Origin: Tetramitus jugosus
Lineage: Eukaryota; Protista; Heterolobosea
Assembly (NCBI GenBank): GCA_937625935.1
Contig: OW569350.1
Coordinates: 1 to 64,000, forward strand
Reading direction: 5' to 3'
DNA length: 64,000 nt
Shown: positions 20,070-30,628 of the stretch, in pieces
Position numbering within the stretch: the stretch's first letter is position 1
Layout of the letters: each line of letters starts with the position of its first letter
The notes under the pieces: generated by a model
The model's database searches: none
Told to the model about the DNA's origin: nothing
What the model saw: only the letters and a program-made list of their open reading frames with translations
Program-made: the position numbers and the translations under genes

Positions 20070-21515
20070 TTAGAACCCTGAAACTGCATGCATGATGGAG
20101 TGCTCTAATTGAGCAATCATTCTCATGAGGATTAAGCCAGTTGCAAGACCAACCACGCTGACAACAATATTGCTTTTCACAGTATTGTTGGATGTTGTGC
20201 CATGTGCAGTCGTCGTCTTCTTCCTTGGCAGTGGTTGGTCGCTGGAAGCGGATGAGTCCTTTCTCTTCTTCTGCTTTTTGCTTATGCTCGACAGCTCAAC
20301 CTTGGATCCAATTCCTTGTTCGTGACTATGCTCCTCCTCGTCAGTAAATATCTGCGACCAAAGCTCTTGAGTCATACCGGCCGTAATGTACAAGAAACTA
20401 CCAGCAGTGACTGAGATCAATGCCTTCTCGTTCAACAGATTGGACCATGAACCACCGAGTAGTGATGCCTGTTGACTCAGTGTCAAACCAAACAGACAGC
20501 CCACCACAGCGATCACACCAGACAAAAAGTTGAACAAGAGGGCTCTCTTGACAGAGAAACCAGCACTCAACAAAACACCAAAATCGCTCAACTCCTGTGG
20601 CAGTTCATGGAAGCAGACGCACAATGTCGTTGCTATGCCAAGACCAGTCGATATCTGAAATGCTCCAGCCAATCCCATTCCATCCATAAAGTTATGAATG
20701 GCATCACTAAACAAATTCAACCATCCAAATGCCTTGATGTGACCGTGACCGTGGTGATGATGATGGTGGTGACCCGTGCTGCGAGTATGAGTCAATGCAC
20801 TTGTGGTTGCCAATGCGTGTTCTGCCGATGATGGTGATGCTACTGGTGCCGTCGATTTTTCAGCCTTGTTCTGCCTGTATCGAATAATCATCTCACTAAA
20901 GAAGCACAATAGGAATCCGAACAAAATAACGAGACCATAATCAAATTCCGCAGCAGCTTGTTCACCATGTTCATGATGACCATGACCATCATCATGACTG
21001 TTGCCATGTGAATGACTGTGAGTACCATAAATGGCTGGCAACATGTGCATAAAAGTATCACCCAACAATGATCCAATTGCCAGTGAAGTCAAAAAGAATT
21101 GCAATCGTGTGGACATGGTCGAAAACAAGAGAGTTGCTCCACTGAACGACAACAGAGACACAAAAAAGGACGCACCAAGAGAATAGAGCCATGCATTGCT
21201 ATTGTTGTTGTTGTTGTCGTTGTTTGTTGATGCAGAAGAGGCATTGCTACTGTCATCATCACCATCATTACCATTGACATTCGTTTTTGCTGTTGCCTTT
21301 GTTGTTGTTATTGCTGTTTTGATCATTGACTTTGGATCAGTGTGAGAATGAGTATGATCATGTGCAGCGTGATCACTGTGGTGATCGTGATCATGATCAT
21401 CATGAGAGTGAGAATGAGCAACTACAGAGTATGTCGCACCACTCCATGTCACAACAACAATCGTCAACAATAAGAGAATGAGCGATAATTTTGCGATGCT
21501 TCGTGTTGTTGTCAT
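20070..21515 (-). CDS. ZIP (SLC39, LIV-1/ZIP7-like) zinc transporter
   Basis: Signal peptide, His-rich loops, LLGDTFMHMLP, HNFMDG, HELPQELSDF. Confidence 0.92.
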   Translation of the reverse strand: MTTTRSIAKLSLILLLLTIVVVTWSGATYSVVAHSHSHDDHDHDHHSDHAAHDHTHSHTDPKSMIKTAITTTKATAKTNVNGNDGDDDSSNASSASTNNDNNNNNSNAWLYSLGASFFVSLLSFSGATLLFSTMSTRLQFFLTSLAIGSLLGDTFMHMLPAIYGTHSHSHGNSHDDGHGHHEHGEQAAAEFDYGLVILFGFLLCFFSEMIIRYRQNKAEKSTAPVASPSSAEHALATTSALTHTRSTGHHHHHHHGHGHIKAFGWLNLFSDAIHNFMDGMGLAGAFQISTGLGIATTLCVCFHELPQELSDFGVLLSAGFSVKRALLFNFLSGVIAVVGCLFGLTLSQQASLLGGSWSNLLNEKALISVTAGSFLYITAGMTQELWSQIFTDEEEHSHEQGIGSKVELSSISKKQKKRKDSSASSDQPLPRKKTTTAHGTTSNNTVKSNIVVSVVGLATGLILMRMIAQLEHSIMHAVSGF

Positions 21516-21686
21516 TCTTGTTGAAGTTTTTGGTTTTCTGCTTCTGGCTTCTCTCTGAAAATTCCCTTTGATGAACGACATTTTTCTCCGAATACTCGGA
21601 CATCCTCCACCTCGGGAACTCACTCAAAAAACAACAACAAGAAAACCAAGCACCCCCACCCTTACCAAACAGCAGTTCATTTCCAT

Positions 21687-23207
21687 ATGTTTGTAGCTAC
21701 AAATCAGAAAAAGAGAAGAGACAGTGATGCCATTCGTCCATTGCTTCTCTCTACACCTGTTGCTGATATAGATGATGACAATGATGATGATGAGGAATAT
21801 GAGAATGATTTGATTGAGTATGCATCCAATCTGATTCATCAGTACAATGGAGCAGAGTCATCTACAGCAAAAACAGCAACATTATCCAATGACACTCCAC
21901 AAAAAAGACAATCAATGAACAGCAACAATAACAAGGATAAGATTAGTCTAGAGTATCTGTTTGTCTGCAAGTTTGATGTCAAGATTGGTAACATGATTGA
22001 ACATGTGATTGATATCAATCAAAACAGTAACAATGTTAAGAGCAGTAGTGGCAGTGGTAGGGGTTACATGGATACTTTGAGAGGAATCGAGTTCAAGTCA
22101 CTACCGGCTGGTATTCATCGCATCTCCAGTGATCACGTACTGTTCAAGCACGGTGACTTAACTGGATTGGCATGTGTAGATCACAAGAGAACAGACAATG
22201 CAGATGAGAGATATTCAAGAATTAGAAGTATTGGTGTTCTGTGCCTGGGTCAAGATGATGGCACAATTATGAAGCGGTATTATTCATTGTTGAAGGATTT
22301 GATAAGCAAGTGCAATGAATCTCCTGCATTGTCTGAGGAACACAAGCAATTGATGAGCGAGGCTATTGTGCCATCAAGTCATCAGAATGTTCAGCCTTCC
22401 AAGGATGGACAAGTGGAGAAGTTTGGATCACTGGTCTCACTATTGCACTCTCTGGACAATGGTGCAATCATGACCGTGTGGAAGAGTTTGTTGCTCGGAA
22501 GACGTGTTTTGTTCTATTCTGATGTACCGCTAGGACCCATGTGCTCCAAGGTTTCCGCCTGTCAAAAGCTGCTTCTCTCAGCGAGTGACAAGCAGGATAT
22601 GGGAGGAGAGTTCGAGCGTCATATTCAACAACAACCACGATACTTGTACTATGTGTGTATCAATGATATGCCAGAACTATCAAGCAACAAGGGCATTAAC
22701 TTTGTTGCTTGCACAACGGATCGGATTTTTGATGTGAGAAGAAGCAAGAATCAACCCACTAAAAAGACCAATAACAGTCATAATCATAAGAGAAAGAGAA
22801 GGAAGGCTGATGATACAGTGTGTGATTTGTTTGTTAATAATCAAACGATAAATTTTGAGAATCCAGAGGACGCACACATCTTCCAGATTACGAACTCTGA
22901 CTTGTATCATACGGAGGAGATGAGATATAGAGTTTCAACCATTGATAATGAGGAGTTACAAGAAAGTGAACTATTGGATTATTTTTCATACTTGAATATT
23001 GAGTTGCTGAATGTATTGAAAGCACTGTGCGCTCGTGACAGCACACATGATGATGGAATTGTGTCGACTGATCACTTTATTCAAATAGGAAAAGTACTCA
23101 ATCTGTGTACCAATGACATTCACTTCATGCAAAGTTTAATCGACGAATTTGGAGGTGATGTCGAGTTGGAACTACCACAATCCAAGTCATCTCTGTTCTG
23201 TTGCTAA
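21687..23207 (+). CDS. DENN-related protein, DENND11/DUF2347-like
   Basis: LFVCKFDVKIGNMIE, GIEFKSLPAGIH, VWKSLLLGRRVLFYS, FVACTTDRIF. Confidence 0.75.
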   Translation: MFVATNQKKRRDSDAIRPLLLSTPVADIDDDNDDDEEYENDLIEYASNLIHQYNGAESSTAKTATLSNDTPQKRQSMNSNNNKDKISLEYLFVCKFDVKIGNMIEHVIDINQNSNNVKSSSGSGRGYMDTLRGIEFKSLPAGIHRISSDHVLFKHGDLTGLACVDHKRTDNADERYSRIRSIGVLCLGQDDGTIMKRYYSLLKDLISKCNESPALSEEHKQLMSEAIVPSSHQNVQPSKDGQVEKFGSLVSLLHSLDNGAIMTVWKSLLLGRRVLFYSDVPLGPMCSKVSACQKLLLSASDKQDMGGEFERHIQQQPRYLYYVCINDMPELSSNKGINFVACTTDRIFDVRRSKNQPTKKTNNSHNHKRKRRKADDTVCDLFVNNQTINFENPEDAHIFQITNSDLYHTEEMRYRVSTIDNEELQESELLDYFSYLNIELLNVLKALCARDSTHDDGIVSTDHFIQIGKVLNLCTNDIHFMQSLIDEFGGDVELELPQSKSSLFCC

Positions 23208-23268
23208 CAATCAATTATAAATGTTTTCTTCGTGTACACAATGGCATGCTATTTCTTTGGGTCATCGC

Positions 23269-24882
23269 TTATTCAGGTAATTGATTTGCTTTAATGCTGA
23301 GCCATGACTTGAGATTATTATATGAGAGGTCATGTACTTGATAACAATTGCGTACATTGACCATCAATACCTCCATCAAGGTTGAGTAGACTCTGGGAGG
23401 AAGCAACTTGACAAGAAATCTAATCTCTATGATTACATCGTTCATAGGATCCACTGTGGCTGAAGAAATAGTAATCACCTTGTCATCAATTGCATCAATT
23501 GCTCTACTTACGATTGTATCAGCGATCGTTTCCTGATTTTTCTTTGAACGAGGAAACACCTCGAAAAAGTTAGCAAGATAGGAGTGAAACAAAGCTGGCC
23601 TTGTGTCTGTGTCCGCATTTTCCTTTCTCTCTGTGTTTGCCTTTCTCTTTCGACCTGGTTTTCGTGAGCCAGCAACTTCTGATGAATCAATGCTGTTCCT
23701 AAGTCGACAGTATTTGCTTGCTAGCCCAGATAGAATTTGCTCAGGATGGACAAGTGGGTATTCATTATCAAGCAATACTCTGCACATGCCGTGAGCTGAA
23801 ACTAGTTGCATCTCAATACTTCCAATATCGAGAAATTGAGGGAGGTAGCTCACTAGACTTGACCTCTCAGGATCAGCTTCTTCATTCGAACAATCTCGCA
23901 CAGAAGGAAACATGATGCATATTTCCCACAGGGAATTGATAATGAAACATCGAATTTCGTCACAATCAACAAATAGCACTCTCTCCAAGAGAGGAAGCAA
24001 GAGACAACATATCCTTTCAGACAGCATGCCTAACTCTGTGCAGACATACAGAAACGAAGCTCGAACATCAGGATTCTCGTGCTGTAAACAAAATACGCTC
24101 ATTTCATGCAATGTTGATATCCTGGTGTTGTCTTCAATGCCCCAAAAGTCGAGCTCAATCAATTTATGAAGCATTTCCTCTCGTTGTTCATAGTATTGAT
24201 TGATAATTACAGAGCATAGATATGAATATATGCACTGCAACATATCGAGTCTTCTTTGAATACATTTGATGTCTGATGAGAGCATGAAATGAGACCAATC
24301 TGTCCCTACACTACACAAAAACTGACCAAGCATGGAGACCAAGTGATCAAAATCATTGCCTGATATCTCTTCGAATATCTTCAGAGCGAGTCGGACACAC
24401 TTGATATTGATATCAGATTCCTGTTCGCTTTCTTGACCCATGAAGCTATGGACATTGAGCTGACTTCTATCCCAGAACTCAAGATAAGGTAAGACACTAT
24501 ACACAAACTCATCAATTTCTTCACTTAATGAGTCTGCAGTGTCATCGGATGATGAGTGGTGTTCCTCTTCCTCTTCCACTTTTTGAACAATATACCAATG
24601 CAGCAAGTTCAACATGCTCCAGAATACATGAACATCCATTGTATTCAAGTTATCATGGCTTCTCTTGAGATGATTCCATGAGCCAAACAGAATTCTCAGA
24701 TTGGGAAGGGCTGTGGCAAGAGCAAACTTTTTCTGGCTTTCCATATTGTCTTCCTTGCGCTTGCTACTCAAGTCACGTTCAGCCTGTAAGCTCAGTAAGA
24801 AGAGATCTTCTTTTGAGAGAAGAGCAATGGGATTTGAACCTCTGTTCAGTTCAATCGGATATTCTCTGTCGTGTGATTCCAT
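23269..24882 (-). CDS. HEAT-repeat protein resembling the condensin CAP-G (Cnd3) C-terminal domain
   Basis: QHENPDVR...TELGML, DCDEIRCFIINSLWEI, EMQLVSAHGMCRVLL and YLANFFEVF..S..NQ resemble Cnd3 helices. Confidence 0.55.
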   Translation of the reverse strand: MESHDREYPIELNRGSNPIALLSKEDLFLLSLQAERDLSSKRKEDNMESQKKFALATALPNLRILFGSWNHLKRSHDNLNTMDVHVFWSMLNLLHWYIVQKVEEEEEHHSSSDDTADSLSEEIDEFVYSVLPYLEFWDRSQLNVHSFMGQESEQESDINIKCVRLALKIFEEISGNDFDHLVSMLGQFLCSVGTDWSHFMLSSDIKCIQRRLDMLQCIYSYLCSVIINQYYEQREEMLHKLIELDFWGIEDNTRISTLHEMSVFCLQHENPDVRASFLYVCTELGMLSERICCLLLPLLERVLFVDCDEIRCFIINSLWEICIMFPSVRDCSNEEADPERSSLVSYLPQFLDIGSIEMQLVSAHGMCRVLLDNEYPLVHPEQILSGLASKYCRLRNSIDSSEVAGSRKPGRKRKANTERKENADTDTRPALFHSYLANFFEVFPRSKKNQETIADTIVSRAIDAIDDKVITISSATVDPMNDVIIEIRFLVKLLPPRVYSTLMEVLMVNVRNCYQVHDLSYNNLKSWLSIKANQLPE

Positions 24883-24982
24883 AGCTTGATATCTTTGTTT
24901 TCTTATCACTTGTGTTTTATTGTATTTCTTGTGTTTCTTTGGTCAAGCTTTGCGATATTTCATCTGTGATTTTATTGGAGTG

Positions 24983-26947
24983 CTAGTCAAATATTTGAAC
25001 TCTGTGATTACCCCATTCACAAATGATCACATTTCCTTCAGCTGTTGTCGTAACACCATATGGTTGTGAGAATTGTCCTTCATCTGATCCCTTGACACCT
25101 CCAACAGCCTTCACAAACTGTCCATTGTTTTTCGTATCAAACACTTGAGCTCTGTGATTCGAATAGTCACACACAATTAAATAGCCTTGTTCAGTCACGG
25201 TTAATCCACCTGGATGCCTCAGCTGACCATTGGCTGTTCCGTTGGAACCAATCTGATACAGGAACTTTCCATCGCAAGACAACACCTGTATCCGATGATT
25301 GTTGTAGTCACTGACATAAATCTTGAGATTATTCATGCGTCGCGTGCCACTGAGCGCCACACTCCATGGTGTATTAAACTGCTTGTTGCCACTGCCCTTT
25401 GAACCAAACGATGTAATGTACGTACCATCGGAGCCAAACATTTGCACTCGATGATTGTTTCGATCGGCCACATAAATGTAGTCCATGTCATCCACAGCGA
25501 TTCCTGTTGGAGTGTTGAACAGTCCTGGGCTGCTGCCTTGAGATCCAAACGCCTGAATAAACTGCATATTCTCATCAAAGATCTGAACACGATAATTACA
25601 GCAGTCAGCAACCAGAATGTGTCCCTTTGAGTTGATTGCGATACCAGTTGGATAATTGAACTGTCCATTGGCTGTTCCTCTGCTGCCATATGATTCCATC
25701 CACTCGCACTCATTGCCCTTGATGCGCAACTTTTGAACTCTGTGATTACCAAAATCACTCACATAAATCTCACCATTGGCATGATTGTTGTACATGACAA
25801 AAAATGGATGAATAAACTGTGCATTGTCCGTTCCACGACTGCCCAACTTGCACTTGAACTTGAAATCGAGCGAAACTGGTTTTTGATGTCGCTGCGCCAG
25901 TGCTTCTTCACCATCGACTCGCAAATACTCTGGAAACATGTGAAACAGGGATCGCACCTGATAAAAATCAACTTCTTGAGCAAAGAGCTTACGATCCATT
26001 GCACTCATATCCTTGATCATACCACACACGTTCACACTACGCAAATGATCCAATATAATGGAAAAATACTTTGGATTTCGATCGATAAACACTTCTCCGT
26101 CCTCATCAGGCTTCGTATCAAACAACTCACTGAACAAGAGTGTAAAATAATTGTCTGGTTCACTGGTGAGTGAACTGAGTGAAGTTACAAATACTGTGCC
26201 TCCAATGTTTAGCTTAATTTTGTTGCGACGATGATTGTTGTTTGCTGTAGATGTTGTTGTTGATGATGTAGTTTGATAATGACCATGATTATTATTGTTA
26301 TTATTACTATTATTGTTATTATTATTATTATTGTTGCTATTGGTTGTTGTTGTTGTTGTTGTCATGTCAGAATCACTAGAGATTTTGTAATAGGTGGATT
26401 GCGACTTCATTTTTTGAATCGTTTGTTCAATCTTGTTCTGCTTCTCAATCAACTCTCGTTCTCTCGTTTCATGTCTCTGCTGTATCTCATGATTCATTTG
26501 TTGAATTTTGACTGCTTCTTCTGCTTCGATTTGTTCGTGCAACTGAGACAATTCCAACACGGATTGGTTCAATGAATGATTCACTCGTTCAATCTCACTA
26601 ATGACTAATTGTTGTGTTTGCATCAAGTTCTCCACATGTTTATTCAATTGTGTTTGTTGATGCGACAATTGATTGACAGTGAGCATCATTTGATTTAATT
26701 TTGTTCTCCAGTCTGCTGCTGTTGTTGTCGATGATGATGAGGATGAGGATGAGGATGATGTTGATGAAAAAGATGGATGACGTTGGTGAGTACGACCTAA
26801 TTGATTAATTGTCGTGTGTGGTGTCGGAGGTGACGACGATAGAATGTCATTGTTGAGTGTTGTTGTGTTTGTTGTTGTTGCGTGGAAAAGTTGTTGATGT
26901 TGTTTTGGGAAGAGGGAGGAAGTTGAAGTGACAATTGGTAAGGTCAT
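24983..26947 (-). CDS. Coiled-coil + KCTD-type BTB + NHL-repeat protein
   Basis: KIKLNIGGTVFVTSLSSL..FIDRNPKYF..IL (T1-type BTB); six NHL repeats GQFN.P.GIA...YVAD..NHRVQ.F. Confidence 0.9.
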   Translation of the reverse strand: MTLPIVTSTSSLFPKQHQQLFHATTTNTTTLNNDILSSSPPTPHTTINQLGRTHQRHPSFSSTSSSSSSSSSSTTTAADWRTKLNQMMLTVNQLSHQQTQLNKHVENLMQTQQLVISEIERVNHSLNQSVLELSQLHEQIEAEEAVKIQQMNHEIQQRHETRERELIEKQNKIEQTIQKMKSQSTYYKISSDSDMTTTTTTTNSNNNNNNNNNSNNNNNNHGHYQTTSSTTTSTANNNHRRNKIKLNIGGTVFVTSLSSLTSEPDNYFTLLFSELFDTKPDEDGEVFIDRNPKYFSIILDHLRSVNVCGMIKDMSAMDRKLFAQEVDFYQVRSLFHMFPEYLRVDGEEALAQRHQKPVSLDFKFKCKLGSRGTDNAQFIHPFFVMYNNHANGEIYVSDFGNHRVQKLRIKGNECEWMESYGSRGTANGQFNYPTGIAINSKGHILVADCCNYRVQIFDENMQFIQAFGSQGSSPGLFNTPTGIAVDDMDYIYVADRNNHRVQMFGSDGTYITSFGSKGSGNKQFNTPWSVALSGTRRMNNLKIYVSDYNNHRIQVLSCDGKFLYQIGSNGTANGQLRHPGGLTVTEQGYLIVCDYSNHRAQVFDTKNNGQFVKAVGGVKGSDEGQFSQPYGVTTTAEGNVIICEWGNHRVQIFD

Positions 26948-27398
26948 TGGTGCTTTTTATGATGAGATTCTTGTTCAAAGTTCTGGAATGAGTGAGAGTA
27001 GGAGGTGAGATGTGTGCTGTGTTTTGTTGATTGTTTTTTCGTTTTGTGGCATGCAGTAAATTGTTTGCGAGACGCTTCATACGTCAAGTCCTTTTTTGGA
27101 GCGAAGGGCCAAAAACAAACTCTTGTTTATAATTGAAATGTCATAGTATTGCAACTTGGCAATAATGGAATACGACAAGTCCATACTGACCGTGGTTGTA
27201 TCACAGTAATTTATGTATTTCACAAACATCCTTGCAAGCTCACTCAAGGTTTGCCCATATTTTTAGCAAAATAAGATTCACTCCAAGGTACTCAAACCCG
27301 AACTTCGAAAAAAATCCCAAACAAACAGGAAGAAGAAAAAACACCCAAATCATCACCTGTATCACCACGACCAACAACAACAAAACAATAACAACAAC

Positions 27399-28025
27399 AT
27401 GGTCCAAATACATTCATTAGCGATTCTCAAATCTGATCCAACCGCCAAAAAATCCCTCATTCTATCGAGTCATATTGAAAGCGGCAGTTGGTTCACTTAT
27501 TTCTACATGAACACACTGACTGAATTTGTCACTTTTTTCAGTAGATTATTGTGTGATAGAACGAAACCTGGTCTGAGACAACAAGTCGAAGGAGAGAAGG
27601 GCATGATTGGTTATGTTCACAAGAGAATGGACGGATTGTGTGCAGTGTTGATCACTGACACTGATTATCCGTTGCGTGTGGCATTTGATATTGTGAGAAA
27701 AGTATTGTACGATTTTGGAGACTATGTTGATAACAATAATATCAATATGACATCACTGAGCAAGGATCAGAGTGTCAGTTCGTTCAATAGTAAATTGAAG
27801 GAACTTGTGTCAAAGTGTCAGGATCCAACCAAGGTTGATTCAATGATGAAATTGAAGAAGGATCTGGAGAGTACGAAAGAGGTGCTCCATGTCGCACTGG
27901 AGAAATTGTTGGAGAGAGGAGAATCGATTGACAGTTTGGTGGCACAGACGGAGGATCTCAGTGATTCAGGCAAGGAGTTTTACAGAAGAGCGAGACAAAC
28001 TGCTTGTCCGTGCACGATTCTATAG
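27399..28025 (+). CDS. YKT6: Longin R-SNARE, Ykt6-like
   Basis: Longin domain (EFVTFFSR, TDTDYPLRVAF), SNARE LLERGESIDSLV, C-terminal CAAX (CTIL), no TM. Confidence 0.88.
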   Translation: MVQIHSLAILKSDPTAKKSLILSSHIESGSWFTYFYMNTLTEFVTFFSRLLCDRTKPGLRQQVEGEKGMIGYVHKRMDGLCAVLITDTDYPLRVAFDIVRKVLYDFGDYVDNNNINMTSLSKDQSVSSFNSKLKELVSKCQDPTKVDSMMKLKKDLESTKEVLHVALEKLLERGESIDSLVAQTEDLSDSGKEFYRRARQTACPCTIL

Positions 28026-28127
28026 AGCACCACACAGCAATTGTGCCCATGCGTCGTGCCATTGTGTAAATAAAATGGTTTCATTAGAAATTCTATATTA
28101 TATAGTTGTGTGTTTTTACACGAATAT

Positions 28128-29195
28128 TTATCTCTTTCCAGAGCATTCTCCCACTGCCTTCTTCATTCTAAAGTACCACTGACCAATCTTTGTTGCTTGA
28201 GTCATGTCAGTGAATGTCAACAGACCTTCAATGCTGCTCAATGCACCATAAGTGGCCAAATCTGCCAAATCAGCACGATCTCCACCGTGGAATGGCTTTC
28301 CGTTCAATTCTTCGACCCACTCGTTTGCACATGTGAAAATGGCGTCTCTCTCATCCTCAATTCCATACTTGTCCTTCAATTTCTTGCTAATGCCCCACAT
28401 GACCATTCCACCAGCGTACTTGGCAAACATTTTTTGATGCCATGAAAAGTTGTTCATGGTGGAAATGTACTCGAAAGCATCGAGAGCTTCCTGTGGATTT
28501 CTATAAATATTGGGAGGCAATGTGTGAAGGAGCTTGTGATCGACCCACTTTCTCCATTTGACTTCAGAAGCGTTGGCACCTGCAACAACAGGACCAGCAT
28601 TGTTCTCTTTTTGCAACAATTCATTGAGTGCACTAATGATGACACTAGAGTCATTGATCTGTATTCCGTTGACAATGACGATTGGAACCTTCTTGTAGTC
28701 CTTGGAGAATTTGACTTCAGTCTTGAGCATTGGATTCACTTCGACAATCTTGTACGGAATTTTGTTATAGTCCAAGAAGGCTCTCACCTTGCAACAGAAT
28801 GGACACACTTGATATTGGTAGAGTGTAATGTCTAGTTCTCTCACATTCTTGACAGATGATCCCTCTTCAAAAATCTTGTTCAATGGATTGTCTGTGAGAA
28901 TGTAGCGATGAGTGTCATCAACCTCTGGTGGAGAGCCCAAGTATGGTTTCTTGGTGGTGGTAGTTGTGGTAGTCGTGGTGGCAGAAACAGCTTCTTCAGC
29001 AAACAATGTCTTGTTGAATGAAAAATTTCTATTCTTGGATTGAGTGGCGGCTGATGATGCTGATTGTTGAACAAGGAAGAGTCCACCTGCTGTAGCTGTA
29101 GCGGTCAAAAAAGCAGCTGATTTGTTGTTGCTAAAGATGGTGCCAGAACGGACCAATAGTCGATGGCTGGTTGATGCGAGTTGTCGTCCAAACAT
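28128..29195 (-). CDS. PTGES2: Prostaglandin E synthase 2-like glutaredoxin/GST protein with mitochondrial-type presequence
   Basis: LYQYQVCPFCCKVRAFLDY, EVNP, YKKVP, NDSSVII, PNIYR, LADLA.YG. Confidence 0.92.
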   Translation of the reverse strand: MFGRQLASTSHRLLVRSGTIFSNNKSAAFLTATATAGGLFLVQQSASSAATQSKNRNFSFNKTLFAEEAVSATTTTTTTTTKKPYLGSPPEVDDTHRYILTDNPLNKIFEEGSSVKNVRELDITLYQYQVCPFCCKVRAFLDYNKIPYKIVEVNPMLKTEVKFSKDYKKVPIVIVNGIQINDSSVIISALNELLQKENNAGPVVAGANASEVKWRKWVDHKLLHTLPPNIYRNPQEALDAFEYISTMNNFSWHQKMFAKYAGGMVMWGISKKLKDKYGIEDERDAIFTCANEWVEELNGKPFHGGDRADLADLATYGALSSIEGLLTFTDMTQATKIGQWYFRMKKAVGECSGKR

Positions 29196-29416
29196 TGCTG
29201 TGAGAAATTTCGTGCTTCTGTGCGCTTTTTGTGTGAACAGATTTGTTTTTTTCAGCGGTGATGGAAATGAATTCCCCTTCGTTTGTCCGAATGTTCATCC
29301 CAACCCCGCTTGAAATTTCTCCTCTGCTTCCACTGTTGCATGCGCACTGCTTGCTTGGAGGTCAAGTCTGACTGATTAATTCCAAACCAAAATTGATTTC
29401 AAAGGGTGCCTGTCGA

Positions 29417-30496
29417 TCACGATGCTTGAATACACAGTCTGTAGTATTTGTATTCCTTCTTTCTGAACACGTACTCTTCGTAGTATCTGGTCGAAAGTGC
29501 CTTCAATTGACGTGTGATCACAGAGGGAGACAATTCTCGTTGTCCCTGAATGAATGCGTTATACAAATTCTGAAGAATTTCAAGTTTTTGTTCTCTTGTA
29601 ATCTTTGTAGAGGCAATTAAAGTGAGTAGCATACGCTTGTGTCCTTGCAACTTCTTCTGAAATCGCTTTCTGAGTGTCGTCTCGAGGTGTGGCAGCATCA
29701 CATATTGTGTCACAAACTGTACAATCGAATAGAATTCAATTTTGTGTTCCTTTCTCAATTCAATAAGACGAGTGGCATCAATGCTCGTGTCCTGGTAGAA
29801 CCGTATCATTGCCTCATGCGCTCTTGTATTCTCATCTGCTGACGCAGTGTTGTACTGTTCTGTGTAAGGCATCATACCTTCGAGGATACGATCTGATCGA
29901 GTTCGTACATTGAGAGACGGTAGCCATAGAGCACTTTGTGTGTCAACGATACCGAATTGACATTGAAGGCGCATCATCTCATGACACAAGTGCTTCAATT
30001 TTCGATTCACTTGAGCTGAAATTTCAATCGTCATGTCTTCCGTTTTGTCATTCATGTAACTTGCGCGCACCTTGTCAGTCATTGCAGCAATTAAATGATC
30101 GTCATTGTCGTCGTTATCATGATCCAAAACGATATCGATTGATTCGATTCTTGATCGTTGCGAATAATAGGAAGACAATCGATCGTACTGTTGTGCTAAT
30201 TGTTCTTCCAACTGCTCATCAATCGGTGGTAACAATTGACTGTCAGTGTCTACCCTTGAAGAAAGTTGATTCACACGTTCCATATGCTTGCTCATCATTT
30301 GTTCCAAAGTGACACTTCTTCTCCTCACAATCTCCTCCTGTTCTTTCACCATTCGGTTCAAAAATTGTTCGTATTGTGTCTCAAATCTCTCTCTGCGTAT
30401 CATGGCTCTCAGATAGGAGTCCAATAGGAGTTCTCTGTGATCATAGGCAACTTGAAACAACAGACTCACAAAAGGTTTTGACAAGTCCATGATCAT
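29417..30496 (-). CDS. Hypothetical protein (~359 aa, helical/coiled-coil)
   Basis: Long ORF with protein-like composition. Start trimmed to MIMDLSK to avoid overlap with the divergent neighbour. No family recognised. Confidence 0.65.
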   Translation of the reverse strand: MIMDLSKPFVSLLFQVAYDHRELLLDSYLRAMIRRERFETQYEQFLNRMVKEQEEIVRRRSVTLEQMMSKHMERVNQLSSRVDTDSQLLPPIDEQLEEQLAQQYDRLSSYYSQRSRIESIDIVLDHDNDDNDDHLIAAMTDKVRASYMNDKTEDMTIEISAQVNRKLKHLCHEMMRLQCQFGIVDTQSALWLPSLNVRTRSDRILEGMMPYTEQYNTASADENTRAHEAMIRFYQDTSIDATRLIELRKEHKIEFYSIVQFVTQYVMLPHLETTLRKRFQKKLQGHKRMLLTLIASTKITREQKLEILQNLYNAFIQGQRELSPSVITRQLKALSTRYYEEYVFRKKEYKYYRLCIQAS

Positions 30497-30628
30497 CAAT
30501 GCATTGTCATCTATGATTGTTTTGATGAAAATCAAACGAGTGAATCTCCGCTTTGATGGAGGGAAATCAGTCGAAGGAGATATCCTGAACCAACACCAAC
30601 CAAACAGAAAAAGCAAACACAACAAAAC

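Noticed and set aside
26286-26362. Trinucleotide microsatellites (also ~53190-53245, 53468-53540, 56340-56480)
   Set aside because: In-frame poly-N/T/S/D tracts within genes, ordinary for this genome.
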